Shown here: positions 15,745 through 23,358 of the stretch, in pieces
How positions within the stretch are numbered: the stretch's first letter is position 1
How the letters are laid out: each line of letters opens with the position of its first letter
IMG/VR virus record: IMGVR_UViG_3300009285_000021
Span: 1 to 44,050 of that record
Source: a virus
Strand: one strand, 5' to 3'
DNA length: 44,050 bases
Notes under the pieces: generated by a model
What the model was told of the DNA's origin: nothing
Database searches by the model: none
What the model saw: the letters and a program-made list of their open reading frames with translations, nothing else
Made by a program: the position numbers and the translations under genes

Positions 15745-16539
15745 ATGAGTGAAAAAAATTGTGAGAGTTGTGGTGAATTTGGGTATGAGGATTGTAAATG
15801 GTTTAATATTACAAGTGGAATAAGACATTGTTTTTTTACATTGGACAGCGGAAAAAGAAAGTATGAACCCAATCCCGAAGTAAAACAAGATATGCCTAAG
15901 ACAGTTCAAGAGTGTAAGGATTGCAAGGAAATACACATATGCCATTTGTATACGGATAAGGATTGTCACTGCAAAGATAAGGCAGAGCTACAAAAATACG
16001 GATTAGAAAAGCCAGAAGTAAAACAAGAGAAAGAGAGTAGTTATGAGGAGAAGAAGGACAAGTTAATTGAGAAGTTTATAAATCTTGAATATGATACAGA
16101 AGAACTTGTAAACGCAATAGAGCCAATTTGCGTAGAGGAAGGGAAAAGACGGGAACGAGAAACTAATAGAGATTTAATGAAGATAGGAAAAACTTATCAG
16201 GAGAAAGTAAAAGCTATTATGTTAAAGCAGATAGTCCAATTTGATGACGGAACTGCATACAAAAGACAAGGGATAGAGGATATTGAAATACTTGCTTTAA
16301 AAGAAGGGAAAAGAATAGCAATGGCGAAAAAAGGAATAGACTTTTTAGGAATTGATTTAGTTAAAGAATTAAAGGAAAAGATATTAGAAGAAGGCGAAAC
16401 AAGAGGAGTAGCAAAAGGATATAAGTTAGGGTTGGAGAAGGCAAAAGAGATAGCGAACAAATGCGACAAAGACTACGGTGAAGAAGGATTTTATAATTTT
16501 TTCGTAGCATTAGAAAAGTCAATAGAGGAGGAAAGATGA
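15745..16539 (+). CDS. Hypothetical protein with a Cys-rich N-terminus and a Lys/Glu coiled-coil C-terminus
   Basis: 264-aa ORF with a GGAGAA RBS. It contains several CxxC and CxC pairs. Confidence 0.6.
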   Translation: MSEKNCESCGEFGYEDCKWFNITSGIRHCFFTLDSGKRKYEPNPEVKQDMPKTVQECKDCKEIHICHLYTDKDCHCKDKAELQKYGLEKPEVKQEKESSYEEKKDKLIEKFINLEYDTEELVNAIEPICVEEGKRRERETNRDLMKIGKTYQEKVKAIMLKQIVQFDDGTAYKRQGIEDIEILALKEGKRIAMAKKGIDFLGIDLVKELKEKILEEGETRGVAKGYKLGLEKAKEIANKCDKDYGEEGFYNFFVALEKSIEEER

Positions 16540-16805
16540 AAAAGAAAATAACACCAGAGGAGTTCCACGAGTTAGTATGTAAAGAATATACTGTAGGGAA
16601 TATTACTGTTATGGGTATAGATGGTGTTCAAGTGTATAAGTTAAAAGATTTTCTTAAACAACCTATTGAGGGTATGCTCTATGACTTAAACAGGGGAGAA
16701 GAAGTAATATCCTGTTATAAAGATGACCCAAAATGGGTAAATGATTATGCTTGTACAAAAGTGATAAGAGAACTTAAAAAACAATTAGAGGAGAAAACAA
16801 AATGA
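16536..16805 (+). CDS. Hypothetical protein (89 aa)
   Basis: ATGA-coupled ORF. Confidence 0.55.
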   Translation: MKKKITPEEFHELVCKEYTVGNITVMGIDGVQVYKLKDFLKQPIEGMLYDLNRGEEVISCYKDDPKWVNDYACTKVIRELKKQLEEKTK

Positions 16806-16999
16806 GTTATAGCGGAACTTGCAAGAATTGTAAACACTTAAACTTTGATGGAGATACTGGATTTTGTTGTGATAAGCACGAAGTGGAGATAATATATTCA
16901 GCAACAAAAGAGTGGGATGACGACCACGGATATTTTGAACACAAAGAACTGATAACACCGGAAGAATGTAATGGTGATGATTATGAGGTGGAACAATGA
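16802..16999 (+). CDS. Cys-rich acidic mini-protein (65 aa)
   Basis: ATGA-coupled. Motif CKNCKH...FCCDKH. Confidence 0.5.
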   Translation: MSYSGTCKNCKHLNFDGDTGFCCDKHEVEIIYSATKEWDDDHGYFEHKELITPEECNGDDYEVEQ

Positions 17000-17109
17000 G
17001 CATATTCTTATCTGTAATCCTAACAATAGTTGGGTTTGTTGTAGGGCTGTGTTTAGGTTGGTCTATTGGTCTTAAAATGCTTTATGACTATCGGAGGAAG
17101 CACAAATGA
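16996..17109 (+). CDS. 37-aa single-TM peptide, too short to be listed in the ORF track
   Basis: Read by hand: MSIFLSVILTIVGFVVGLCLGWSIGLKMLYDYRRKHK. It is ATGA-coupled at both ends. Confidence 0.35.
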   Translation: MSIFLSVILTIVGFVVGLCLGWSIGLKMLYDYRRKHK

Positions 17110-17276
17110 CAAAGAATAAATGTAAATGCTGTGGTAAACAGTCGGTTAGGGAATATTGTGCAAGATGTAGAAATATTTGGAAGCGTTTAATCTTTACTCC
17201 GCACAAACATTTCTTACCGGAAGCGACACAGGTGCTTATGATTAGAAAAGCTATTAAGCAAGGCATGTCAGTATGA
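17106..17276 (+). CDS. 56-aa basic Zn-ribbon mini-protein, too short to be listed in the ORF track
   Basis: Read by hand: MTKNKCKCCGKQSVREYCARCRNIWKR... It is ATGA-coupled. Confidence 0.4.
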   Translation: MTKNKCKCCGKQSVREYCARCRNIWKRLIFTPHKHFLPEATQVLMIRKAIKQGMSV

Positions 17277-17605
17277 AATCTCTAATATCTAAGACGTGGA
17301 AGGAATTGGCGGAGTATCTGCACTCTTTGCCACAAAATAAAGGTCTGGAAATTTCGCATATAAATCATCGTGAATCTGTGTTTAAGGCGTGTAGACTTCT
17401 TATCATTATGCAAACAAAACAAGAACACGAGAAAGAACATAAAGACCATAAACTAAGGACTGCTAACATGGACTTAATCCGTGAGATAAATAAATATTAC
17501 GATAAGAGATTTGGCTGTAAGCACCTGCACGATATAAGATGTTTGAGATGTCCGTTGTTAAACGAAACATTAAAGCAGATAATGACAGAAAGGGGGGTAA
17601 TATGA
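17273..17605 (+). CDS. Hypothetical protein (110 aa)
   Basis: ATGA-coupled ORF. Confidence 0.5.
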   Translation: MKSLISKTWKELAEYLHSLPQNKGLEISHINHRESVFKACRLLIIMQTKQEHEKEHKDHKLRTANMDLIREINKYYDKRFGCKHLHDIRCLRCPLLNETLKQIMTERGVI

Positions 17606-17778
17606 AATACAAACATTGTTGGGTGGCAAGAGAAACAAAGCAAGGTTGGAAACTTGGGTTAGCGGTAGGAAACAAGAAAACATTTTGGATACCTTATGTA
17701 TATGCTAAAACCGTTAAAGATGTTGAAAGAATTGTAAAAAGTAATATTGTTTTTGTGCATTTGAGAGGTGCAAAATGA
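17602..17778 (+). CDS. Hypothetical protein (58 aa)
   Basis: The ATG at 17602 overlaps the previous stop, with a G-rich RBS (aagggggg) upstream. Confidence 0.45.
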   Translation: MKYKHCWVARETKQGWKLGLAVGNKKTFWIPYVYAKTVKDVERIVKSNIVFVHLRGAK

Positions 17779-18083
17779 AAATACTTAGAAATACTTACTA
17801 TGAGGAATTGTGTGCGTGTTGGTCAGTTGCAGTAAGAGTAAAAGAATGTTATAGGTGGTTTTCGGAATATGATTTTTTAGAACCAATGTGGGATTATATC
17901 TTTTCTAAAGAAGGAACTCCGTCAAGTATTAGCGAGGCAAGAACATTAGTTGAGAGAATGTGGTCAAAAGATAAAAATAATAAGTTAAGAGGGAAGTTGG
18001 GAGGTCTTACAACAAAAATATATCATTTAGAATTGCAAGTATATGATCTAAAAAAAGAACTAAAACAAAAGGCGAAACAATGA
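17775..18083 (+). CDS. Hypothetical protein (102 aa)
   Basis: ATGA-coupled ORF. Confidence 0.5.
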   Translation: MKILRNTYYEELCACWSVAVRVKECYRWFSEYDFLEPMWDYIFSKEGTPSSISEARTLVERMWSKDKNNKLRGKLGGLTTKIYHLELQVYDLKKELKQKAKQ

Positions 18084-18313
18084 AAACAACATTATCTTGG
18101 ATTTTAGCTTTTGTCAGTATCTTTGGTACAATACTGAATATGTATAAAATCAAGTGGAGTTTTGTTGTCTTTGGATTTACAAACGTATTCTGGGCTGTGT
18201 ATTTTGGGTATATTTCAGAGTGGGCACCCTGTTTTCTACAGTCAGTATTTTTTGTTATATCAGTTGCGGGGTATATTAAATGGCACAAGGAGAGCGTATG
18301 CAAAGAGAGATAA
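18080..18313 (+). CDS. 77-aa three-TM protein resembling one repeat of the PnuC nicotinamide-riboside transporter (a half-size PnuC)
   Basis: LSWILAFVSIFGTILNMYKIKWSFVVFGFTNVFWAVYFGY...FLQSVFFVISVAGYIKW aligns by eye with the PnuC N-terminal repeat. Shared elements are SWI, G..L...K(I), F.G..NV, Q.VFF and G..W. Confidence 0.5.
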   Translation: MKTTLSWILAFVSIFGTILNMYKIKWSFVVFGFTNVFWAVYFGYISEWAPCFLQSVFFVISVAGYIKWHKESVCKER

Positions 18314-18612
18314 AGTTTAGGGTGTGGGATAAGGTAAAAAAATATTGGTGTGCGTTTGATATTGGCGATATAACTGAAGGTGATATGAACGATATAAGAA
18401 ATGATGTAATTGTTTTGCAATACACGGGATTAAAAGACAAGAACGGAAAAGAAATATACGAATTTATGGAAATAAATAAAAAATACGAAGTTAATTATGT
18501 ACCCCCTAAATATGTCTTGACAAATATATCAAATGGGGATATAATGGATATATCGGAGGTGGAAAAAAATGAAAACGGAATTGAGGTTACTAAGGAATAC
18601 GCAAAAATATAG
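18298..18612 (+). CDS. YopX-family protein
   Basis: MQREIKFRVWDK...VLQYTGLKDKNGKEIYE is the hallmark YopX N-terminal pattern. There is an AAGGAG RBS before the ATG at 18298. Confidence 0.75.
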   Translation: MQREIKFRVWDKVKKYWCAFDIGDITEGDMNDIRNDVIVLQYTGLKDKNGKEIYEFMEINKKYEVNYVPPKYVLTNISNGDIMDISEVEKNENGIEVTKEYAKI

Positions 18613-19072
18613 GAAAACCCCCAAGGGAGTTTTAACTAATATTTATACTCATCAAAAATCAAGGATGTTGGTCTCTTATTCGAGAGAACAATTGCTAAAT
18701 AGATTCTTAACCGATTCAAGATTTATAAGGTTATTTTCTGAATGGGCAAAGAAAAATTACCACAAACAATATAAGCCCACTATTGACAGAATTGATTGTT
18801 TGAAGCACTATACTTTAGATAATATCCATTGTTTGACTTGGGCGGAAAATAGATATAAGCAACGCATGGAAACAAAAAGAATAAGAGCAAAGAAAGTATA
18901 TCAGATTATGGGGGATAAAATTATAAAAATATATGATTCACAATACAAAGCAGTTAGAGAAACAGATATTAGCCAAAGCAATATGTCTATGTGTCTTAAT
19001 GGTCACAGACAATACTGTGGGGGATATAAATGGAGCTACGAAAACCCAGAACTACTAACGGATGAAAAATGA
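18569..19072 (+). CDS. HNH_3-type homing endonuclease with a C-terminal DNA-binding module
   Basis: Motifs IDRIDCLKHYTLDNIHCLTWAEN and YKAVRETDISQSNMSMCLNG....GGYKWSY. The RBS is GGAGGTGG. Confidence 0.7.
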   Translation: MKTELRLLRNTQKYRKTPKGVLTNIYTHQKSRMLVSYSREQLLNRFLTDSRFIRLFSEWAKKNYHKQYKPTIDRIDCLKHYTLDNIHCLTWAENRYKQRMETKRIRAKKVYQIMGDKIIKIYDSQYKAVRETDISQSNMSMCLNGHRQYCGGYKWSYENPELLTDEK

Positions 19073-19100
19073 ATATTAAATGGCATAGAGAAGGTGTAAA

Positions 19101-19886
19101 TTGAAATTAGAAGAAATGATAAACAAAGTACATTGTGCGGAATGCTTGGAGTTTATGAAACAGATACCCGATAAGTCAATAGATATGGTCCTAACTTCTC
19201 CACCTTATGATAATTTAAGAGATTATAGTGGTTATACTTTTGATTTTGAAGGTATAGCAAAAGAATTATTTAGAATTATTAAAGAGGGTGGTGTTTGTGT
19301 TTGGATTGTAGGAGATGCAACAGTTGACGGAAGCGAAACGGGAACAAGTTTTAAACAAGCATTGTATTTTAAAGAGATAGGATTTAGATTACACGATACA
19401 ATGATATATCAAAAAAACAGTTATCCATTCCCTCCTACAAATAGATATTTTGGGGTGTTTGAATATATGTTTATTTTATCTAAAGGTTCTCCAAAAACAA
19501 CAAACATGATAAAAGTCAGAACTATAGGTGCAAAACACAAATCATCAACACAAAGACAATCAGACGGTTCTACAACTTCAATGAAATATGAAATGGGAAA
19601 AGATGAGAGGGTTAGGGATAATGTTTGGGTTTACGACGTTGGTTATGGGAAATCTTCAAATGATAAATCCGTTTTTTTTCACCCCGCAACATTTCCCGAA
19701 AAATTAGCGAAAGAGCATATAATATCTTGGTCCGATAAAGACGATTTAGTTTTAGATTGTTTTAATGGTAGTGGAACAACATCTTTATGCTGTAAAAATT
19801 TCGGTAGAAAGTTTATCGGGATTGAAATTAGTCCTGAATATTGCAAAATCGCAGAAGACCGTCTAAGGCAGGAGGTATTGTTTTGA
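19101..19886 (+). CDS. Orphan DNA methyltransferase (beta-class N4-cytosine/N6-adenine, SPPY type)
   Basis: Motif IV is DMVLTSPPY near the N-terminus, and motif I is DCFNGSGTT near the C-terminus. No partner restriction enzyme is visible. The start is either the TTG at 19101 or the ATG at 19116. Confidence 0.85.
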   Translation: MKLEEMINKVHCAECLEFMKQIPDKSIDMVLTSPPYDNLRDYSGYTFDFEGIAKELFRIIKEGGVCVWIVGDATVDGSETGTSFKQALYFKEIGFRLHDTMIYQKNSYPFPPTNRYFGVFEYMFILSKGSPKTTNMIKVRTIGAKHKSSTQRQSDGSTTSMKYEMGKDERVRDNVWVYDVGYGKSSNDKSVFFHPATFPEKLAKEHIISWSDKDDLVLDCFNGSGTTSLCCKNFGRKFIGIEISPEYCKIAEDRLRQEVLF

Positions 19887-20029
19887 ACATTTCGCAACAC
19901 AAAAAGCTACTTAAACTACTGGAAGAGTTACAAGCGGAAACAAAGGCAACGGATAAGGTTTTTAAGGCGTTTATGGAGAAAGTCTTAGAATTGTTTATTG
20001 ATGACGGAGGTGATTCTATGAAAAAGTAA
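19883..20029 (+). CDS. Hypothetical helical mini-protein (48 aa)
   Basis: The TTG at 19883 lies 7 nt after a GGAGG. The track start at 19841 would overlap the methyltransferase by 46 nt. Confidence 0.3.
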   Translation: MNISQHKKLLKLLEELQAETKATDKVFKAFMEKVLELFIDDGGDSMKK

Positions 20030-20101
20030 ATAGGGATAGCCAATTCAGAAGGCGGGGTGGGATAGCGTATATTCTGCCCCGATACAAAGGGAGGAAGCAA
20101 A

Positions 20102-20236
20102 ATGAAAGGAAAAATAGAATTAATAGAAGCTTTGGTAGAAGCAGAAGGGAAGTGTCAAAAATGGGAAAAATCAGAAATTATCATGTGTTTAATCGGAGCA
20201 ATGTGGATTGTTTTAATAATTGTTTATAATTTTTAA
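20102..20236 (+). CDS. 44-aa C-terminally anchored membrane mini-protein, too short to be listed in the ORF track
   Basis: Read by hand: MKGKIELIEALVEAEGKCQKWEKSEIIMCLIGAMWIVLIIVYNF. The RBS is GGGAGGAAG. Confidence 0.35.
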   Translation: MKGKIELIEALVEAEGKCQKWEKSEIIMCLIGAMWIVLIIVYNF

Positions 20237-20250
20237 TAACAAAAAAACTA

Positions 20251-20279
20251 TTGACAAAAAAGGAATAATTGTGTAAACT
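20251..20279 (+). promoter_or_regulatory. Promoter (TTGACA-17-TAAACT) for the accessory operon
   Basis: TTGACA lies at 20251-20256, followed by a 17-nt spacer ending in gtg and TAAACT at 20274-20279. The architecture matches the promoters at 10237 and 14183. Confidence 0.65.
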
Positions 20280-20296
20280 ATGGCTATGAAAAGAAC

Positions 20297-20390
20297 GGAT
20301 AACCAAAACAATCAAAAAGGGCAGGTGGCTACGAAAGTAGCAATGGTTTTAATTCCCATCGGGGTTATCCACCATTTTCACACCTGCCTT
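20297..20390 (+). ncRNA. Structured 5' leader: a three-way junction with a GNRA hairpin and a possible pseudoknot
   Basis: P1 pairs GGCAGGTG (20320-27) with CACCTGCC (20381-88) and is followed by TTTT. The hairpin is GCTAC-GAAA-GTAGC (20328-41). AATGG (20342-46) pairs with CCATT (20372-76). The upstream GGATAACC (20297-304) is complementary to GGTTATCC (20363-70). Confidence 0.4.
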
Positions 20391-20410
20391 TTAAATAAGG
20401 ACAAAAAGAT

Positions 20411-21094
20411 ATGATTAAAACCTGTCCAACATGTAAAAAAGAATTCCATTCTGTTTTTAAACATTGCTCTGTTAAATGTTCAAAAAGTATTATTCATCAA
20501 GCAACAAGACGAAAAATGAGTTTAGCAAAAAAAGGTAAAATGCCAAAATTCATACCCGATAATCACGGAAGACATCACTCTTTAGAAACAATAGAGAAAA
20601 TGAGAAAATCGAGCTACTGGAAAGGAAAACATCTTCCAAAAGAAATGGTACAGAGGATGAAAGGTAGAGTTGTAACAGATGAAACAAGAAGAAAAATAGG
20701 GTTATCTTCAAAGGGGAGAAGACACACAGAAGAGCAAAAAAGAAAAATAGGTTTAAAATCTATTGGTAACAAATATGGGTGGAAAGGCGGATTGACTCCC
20801 GTATACACACTGATTAGGTGTAGTTTGAAATATTCAGAATGGCGACAGAAGGTATTTACAAGGGATATGTTTACTTGCATGGATTGTGGAGATAAAACAG
20901 GTGGTAATTTAGAAGCACATCACGTAAAATCTTTTTCAGTTTTAGTAAAAGAGTCAGAAACTTATTTTCCATTATTAAACCTTTACGATTCATCTATGTT
21001 GTATAGCCCTCTTTGGGATATTGACAACGGTAAGACATTGTGCGAGAAATGTCATAGAAAATATTTTAAAAATACAAGTAAGGTGAGGCAATGA
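20411..21094 (+). CDS. HNH homing endonuclease with NUMOD3-like repeats
   Basis: Three repeats of the H(S/T)xExxxK(M/I) type are present. The HNH core reads CMDCG...EAHHVKSF...NGKTLCEKCH. It is a paralogue of 23355-24062. Confidence 0.85.
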   Translation: MIKTCPTCKKEFHSVFKHCSVKCSKSIIHQATRRKMSLAKKGKMPKFIPDNHGRHHSLETIEKMRKSSYWKGKHLPKEMVQRMKGRVVTDETRRKIGLSSKGRRHTEEQKRKIGLKSIGNKYGWKGGLTPVYTLIRCSLKYSEWRQKVFTRDMFTCMDCGDKTGGNLEAHHVKSFSVLVKESETYFPLLNLYDSSMLYSPLWDIDNGKTLCEKCHRKYFKNTSKVRQ

Positions 21095-22146
21095 AAAAAA
21101 TATTAACCACAAATACACACTGGATATATTGCACGATGCTTGCCAAGATACCTGAAATACAATTGTTTGTTATGTCAATGAGATTTCAAGGCAGGGATAA
21201 ACAAGAAAATTATAGACCAATGCCTAAAAACATTTCACATATTCCAATAGATAATCCAAATCTTTTGGCTTTATATTTACATCCGGATTTTTTAAAACAA
21301 ATAGACCATATAATTTTACATCAGTTTTCAGACCTTGATATTTTTTGCAATAATAAAGCGCCGTGGTATAAGTTTTTACAGCCAATACCAAAGACATTTT
21401 TACTGCACAATTCTTCTACAACCGAATTTGGTAATGCTCCTCAAGAAATTATCAATAATAAGATAAGAGGATTGAGTCAAATATTCCAAGAAAACAATAT
21501 AAGACCTTGCACTATTTCTCAGTTTAAAGCTGAAAGTTGGAAAATGCCTATGAGCGTAATATTGCCTGGCATAGACACAAGCGAATTCGTGAACAGTTGG
21601 ACTGGTCGGAACAACAAGATAGTATTTAAAGATACGTTTGATAATTTTGCATTGAGAGTGTGCAGTAACTTTGAACACAGGGATTTTATGAACGGGTACA
21701 AGATAGGCAATAATGTTTTAGGTCAATTGAGATACCCGAACGTTGTTTTAGGAGAAGGCAATAATCCTTCTCAAAGATTACCGAACACGGTATTTACAAT
21801 CTCAAACAATTTAGAGCATTACAAGGAATATTTAAGCATGGCTCGGTTTCTATTCAGTGCGAACGTTCCGCAGTTTGAGGACTGGTATAACTTATCATCT
21901 TTGGAAGCGGTGGCGGTCGGTACGCCTTTAATTATGACGCAACACGAAAGACAAAACAATATTCCTGAATTTACTAAATACTTTCCGATAGTATCTGATG
22001 ACTATAACCTGTTAATATCCGAGTGTAAGAAACTTTTTATGGACTGGGAATATGCTTCACATATTTCTAAATTGCAGAACGGATTTATAGATAAATATTT
22101 CAGCTTGTCTAAATTTGTAACTTCGTGGACGGAGATTCTGAAATGA
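21091..22146 (+). CDS. GT-B-fold (group 1-like) glycosyltransferase candidate
   Basis: The C-terminal segment FEDWYNLSSLEAVAVGTPLIMT resembles the E..(F/Y)G...LEA.A.G.P motif of GT4/GT1 enzymes. The rest of the protein is unassigned. Confidence 0.5.
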   Translation: MKKILTTNTHWIYCTMLAKIPEIQLFVMSMRFQGRDKQENYRPMPKNISHIPIDNPNLLALYLHPDFLKQIDHIILHQFSDLDIFCNNKAPWYKFLQPIPKTFLLHNSSTTEFGNAPQEIINNKIRGLSQIFQENNIRPCTISQFKAESWKMPMSVILPGIDTSEFVNSWTGRNNKIVFKDTFDNFALRVCSNFEHRDFMNGYKIGNNVLGQLRYPNVVLGEGNNPSQRLPNTVFTISNNLEHYKEYLSMARFLFSANVPQFEDWYNLSSLEAVAVGTPLIMTQHERQNNIPEFTKYFPIVSDDYNLLISECKKLFMDWEYASHISKLQNGFIDKYFSLSKFVTSWTEILK

Positions 22147-22403
22147 AAATAAATATAAATTTTGACTGGTATTTAAATGAATTCCTTACTTTTGAAGTTA
22201 AGGCACAAAATGGCTGTAATGCTTGTTGGAGTGAATGGGAAATTAATGTAAAAAGAAAATATGAGGGACAAGCAGAAGAAATGACAAGTAATGTAAGATT
22301 TGAACATAATCCCACTATCGATGATATAAAAAATTCCATCATTGGTTATTGTATTAGAAATAACATATTTTATCAAAACAAAGTAAAAGGCAAAACAAAA
22401 TGA
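22143..22403 (+). CDS. Hypothetical protein (86 aa)
   Basis: ATGA-coupled ATG at 22143. Confidence 0.45.
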   Translation: MKININFDWYLNEFLTFEVKAQNGCNACWSEWEINVKRKYEGQAEEMTSNVRFEHNPTIDDIKNSIIGYCIRNNIFYQNKVKGKTK

Positions 22404-22585
22404 GTTTAATGAATCCTGATAAGGTGGAGAGTTTTAAAATAACTCCTATTTCTATAACGGTAACATTTAAGGAAAAACTAGATAATGGCTGTACAGGGCA
22501 AGTTGTATACATGGAAACACAAAAGTTTATGAAATGTAAAACTTATGAAGAACTTTATAAACAATATCAAGGTGGTGCTTGGTGA
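22400..22585 (+). CDS. Hypothetical protein (61 aa)
   Basis: ATGA-coupled ORF. Confidence 0.45.
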   Translation: MSLMNPDKVESFKITPISITVTFKEKLDNGCTGQVVYMETQKFMKCKTYEELYKQYQGGAW

Positions 22586-23358
22586 GAATAATATCAATAC
22601 ACTTACTAAACGAAGAGGGTGGGTTAAAAATAGCATATGAGAAAGATAATCCGTTTGAGAAACCAACGAAACAAGAATTAAGCATACTGAAAGACGGGTT
22701 GAACAATATGCTACCTAATGAAGATGTTACTGCGGATTTTTACGACAAGGATTATTTTGAAGGCAATAGTGTTAAGTCAGGACTTTCGGACTTTGACAAT
22801 AGAAGCAAGGCATATGCGGAAGAACACGCAAGGGACAGAATACAAAAGATAATTGAAATGATGGAGAACCTGCCTGACTGTCAATCTGATTTTAAAATAC
22901 TTGAGATAGGCTGTGCCTTTGGTCATACAGTGGACGCTTTACGTTTAATGGGGTATAGTGCTTACGGAGTTGATATTTCGGAATATGCTATAAACAAATA
23001 CAAACAAGATTATAAGCACGTAGGGAACTTTAAGGATTTTAGATTAGAGAGTATTCCGGCACAAGGAATAAGTTTAGCTTGTTATGAAACATTTAATTTG
23101 ATTTATGGATTTAATTTAATGGAGCATATACCTGAATTAGATTTAAGAATGTTTATAGAAAACTTACGGACTAACCTTAATGGTAACGGATTAGCATTTT
23201 TTACGATTGATCCAGTATTCGGGGCTGACAATAGTCATTGTACTATTCACAGCCGGAAATGGTGGGACAAGCTGTTTGCAGAACACGGATTTTCGCCTCA
23301 CAAGGAAGGTACTGAAATGTTTGAGAAAATAAACGGTCATTGTTATAGGAAAATATGA
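22579..23358 (+). CDS. Class I SAM-dependent methyltransferase
   Basis: Motif I is ILEIGCAFGHT, followed by an acidic post-I residue (GVDIS). Non-ATG start (TTG or GTG at 22579/22582). Confidence 0.75.
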   Translation: MVRIISIHLLNEEGGLKIAYEKDNPFEKPTKQELSILKDGLNNMLPNEDVTADFYDKDYFEGNSVKSGLSDFDNRSKAYAEEHARDRIQKIIEMMENLPDCQSDFKILEIGCAFGHTVDALRLMGYSAYGVDISEYAINKYKQDYKHVGNFKDFRLESIPAQGISLACYETFNLIYGFNLMEHIPELDLRMFIENLRTNLNGNGLAFFTIDPVFGADNSHCTIHSRKWWDKLFAEHGFSPHKEGTEMFEKINGHCYRKI

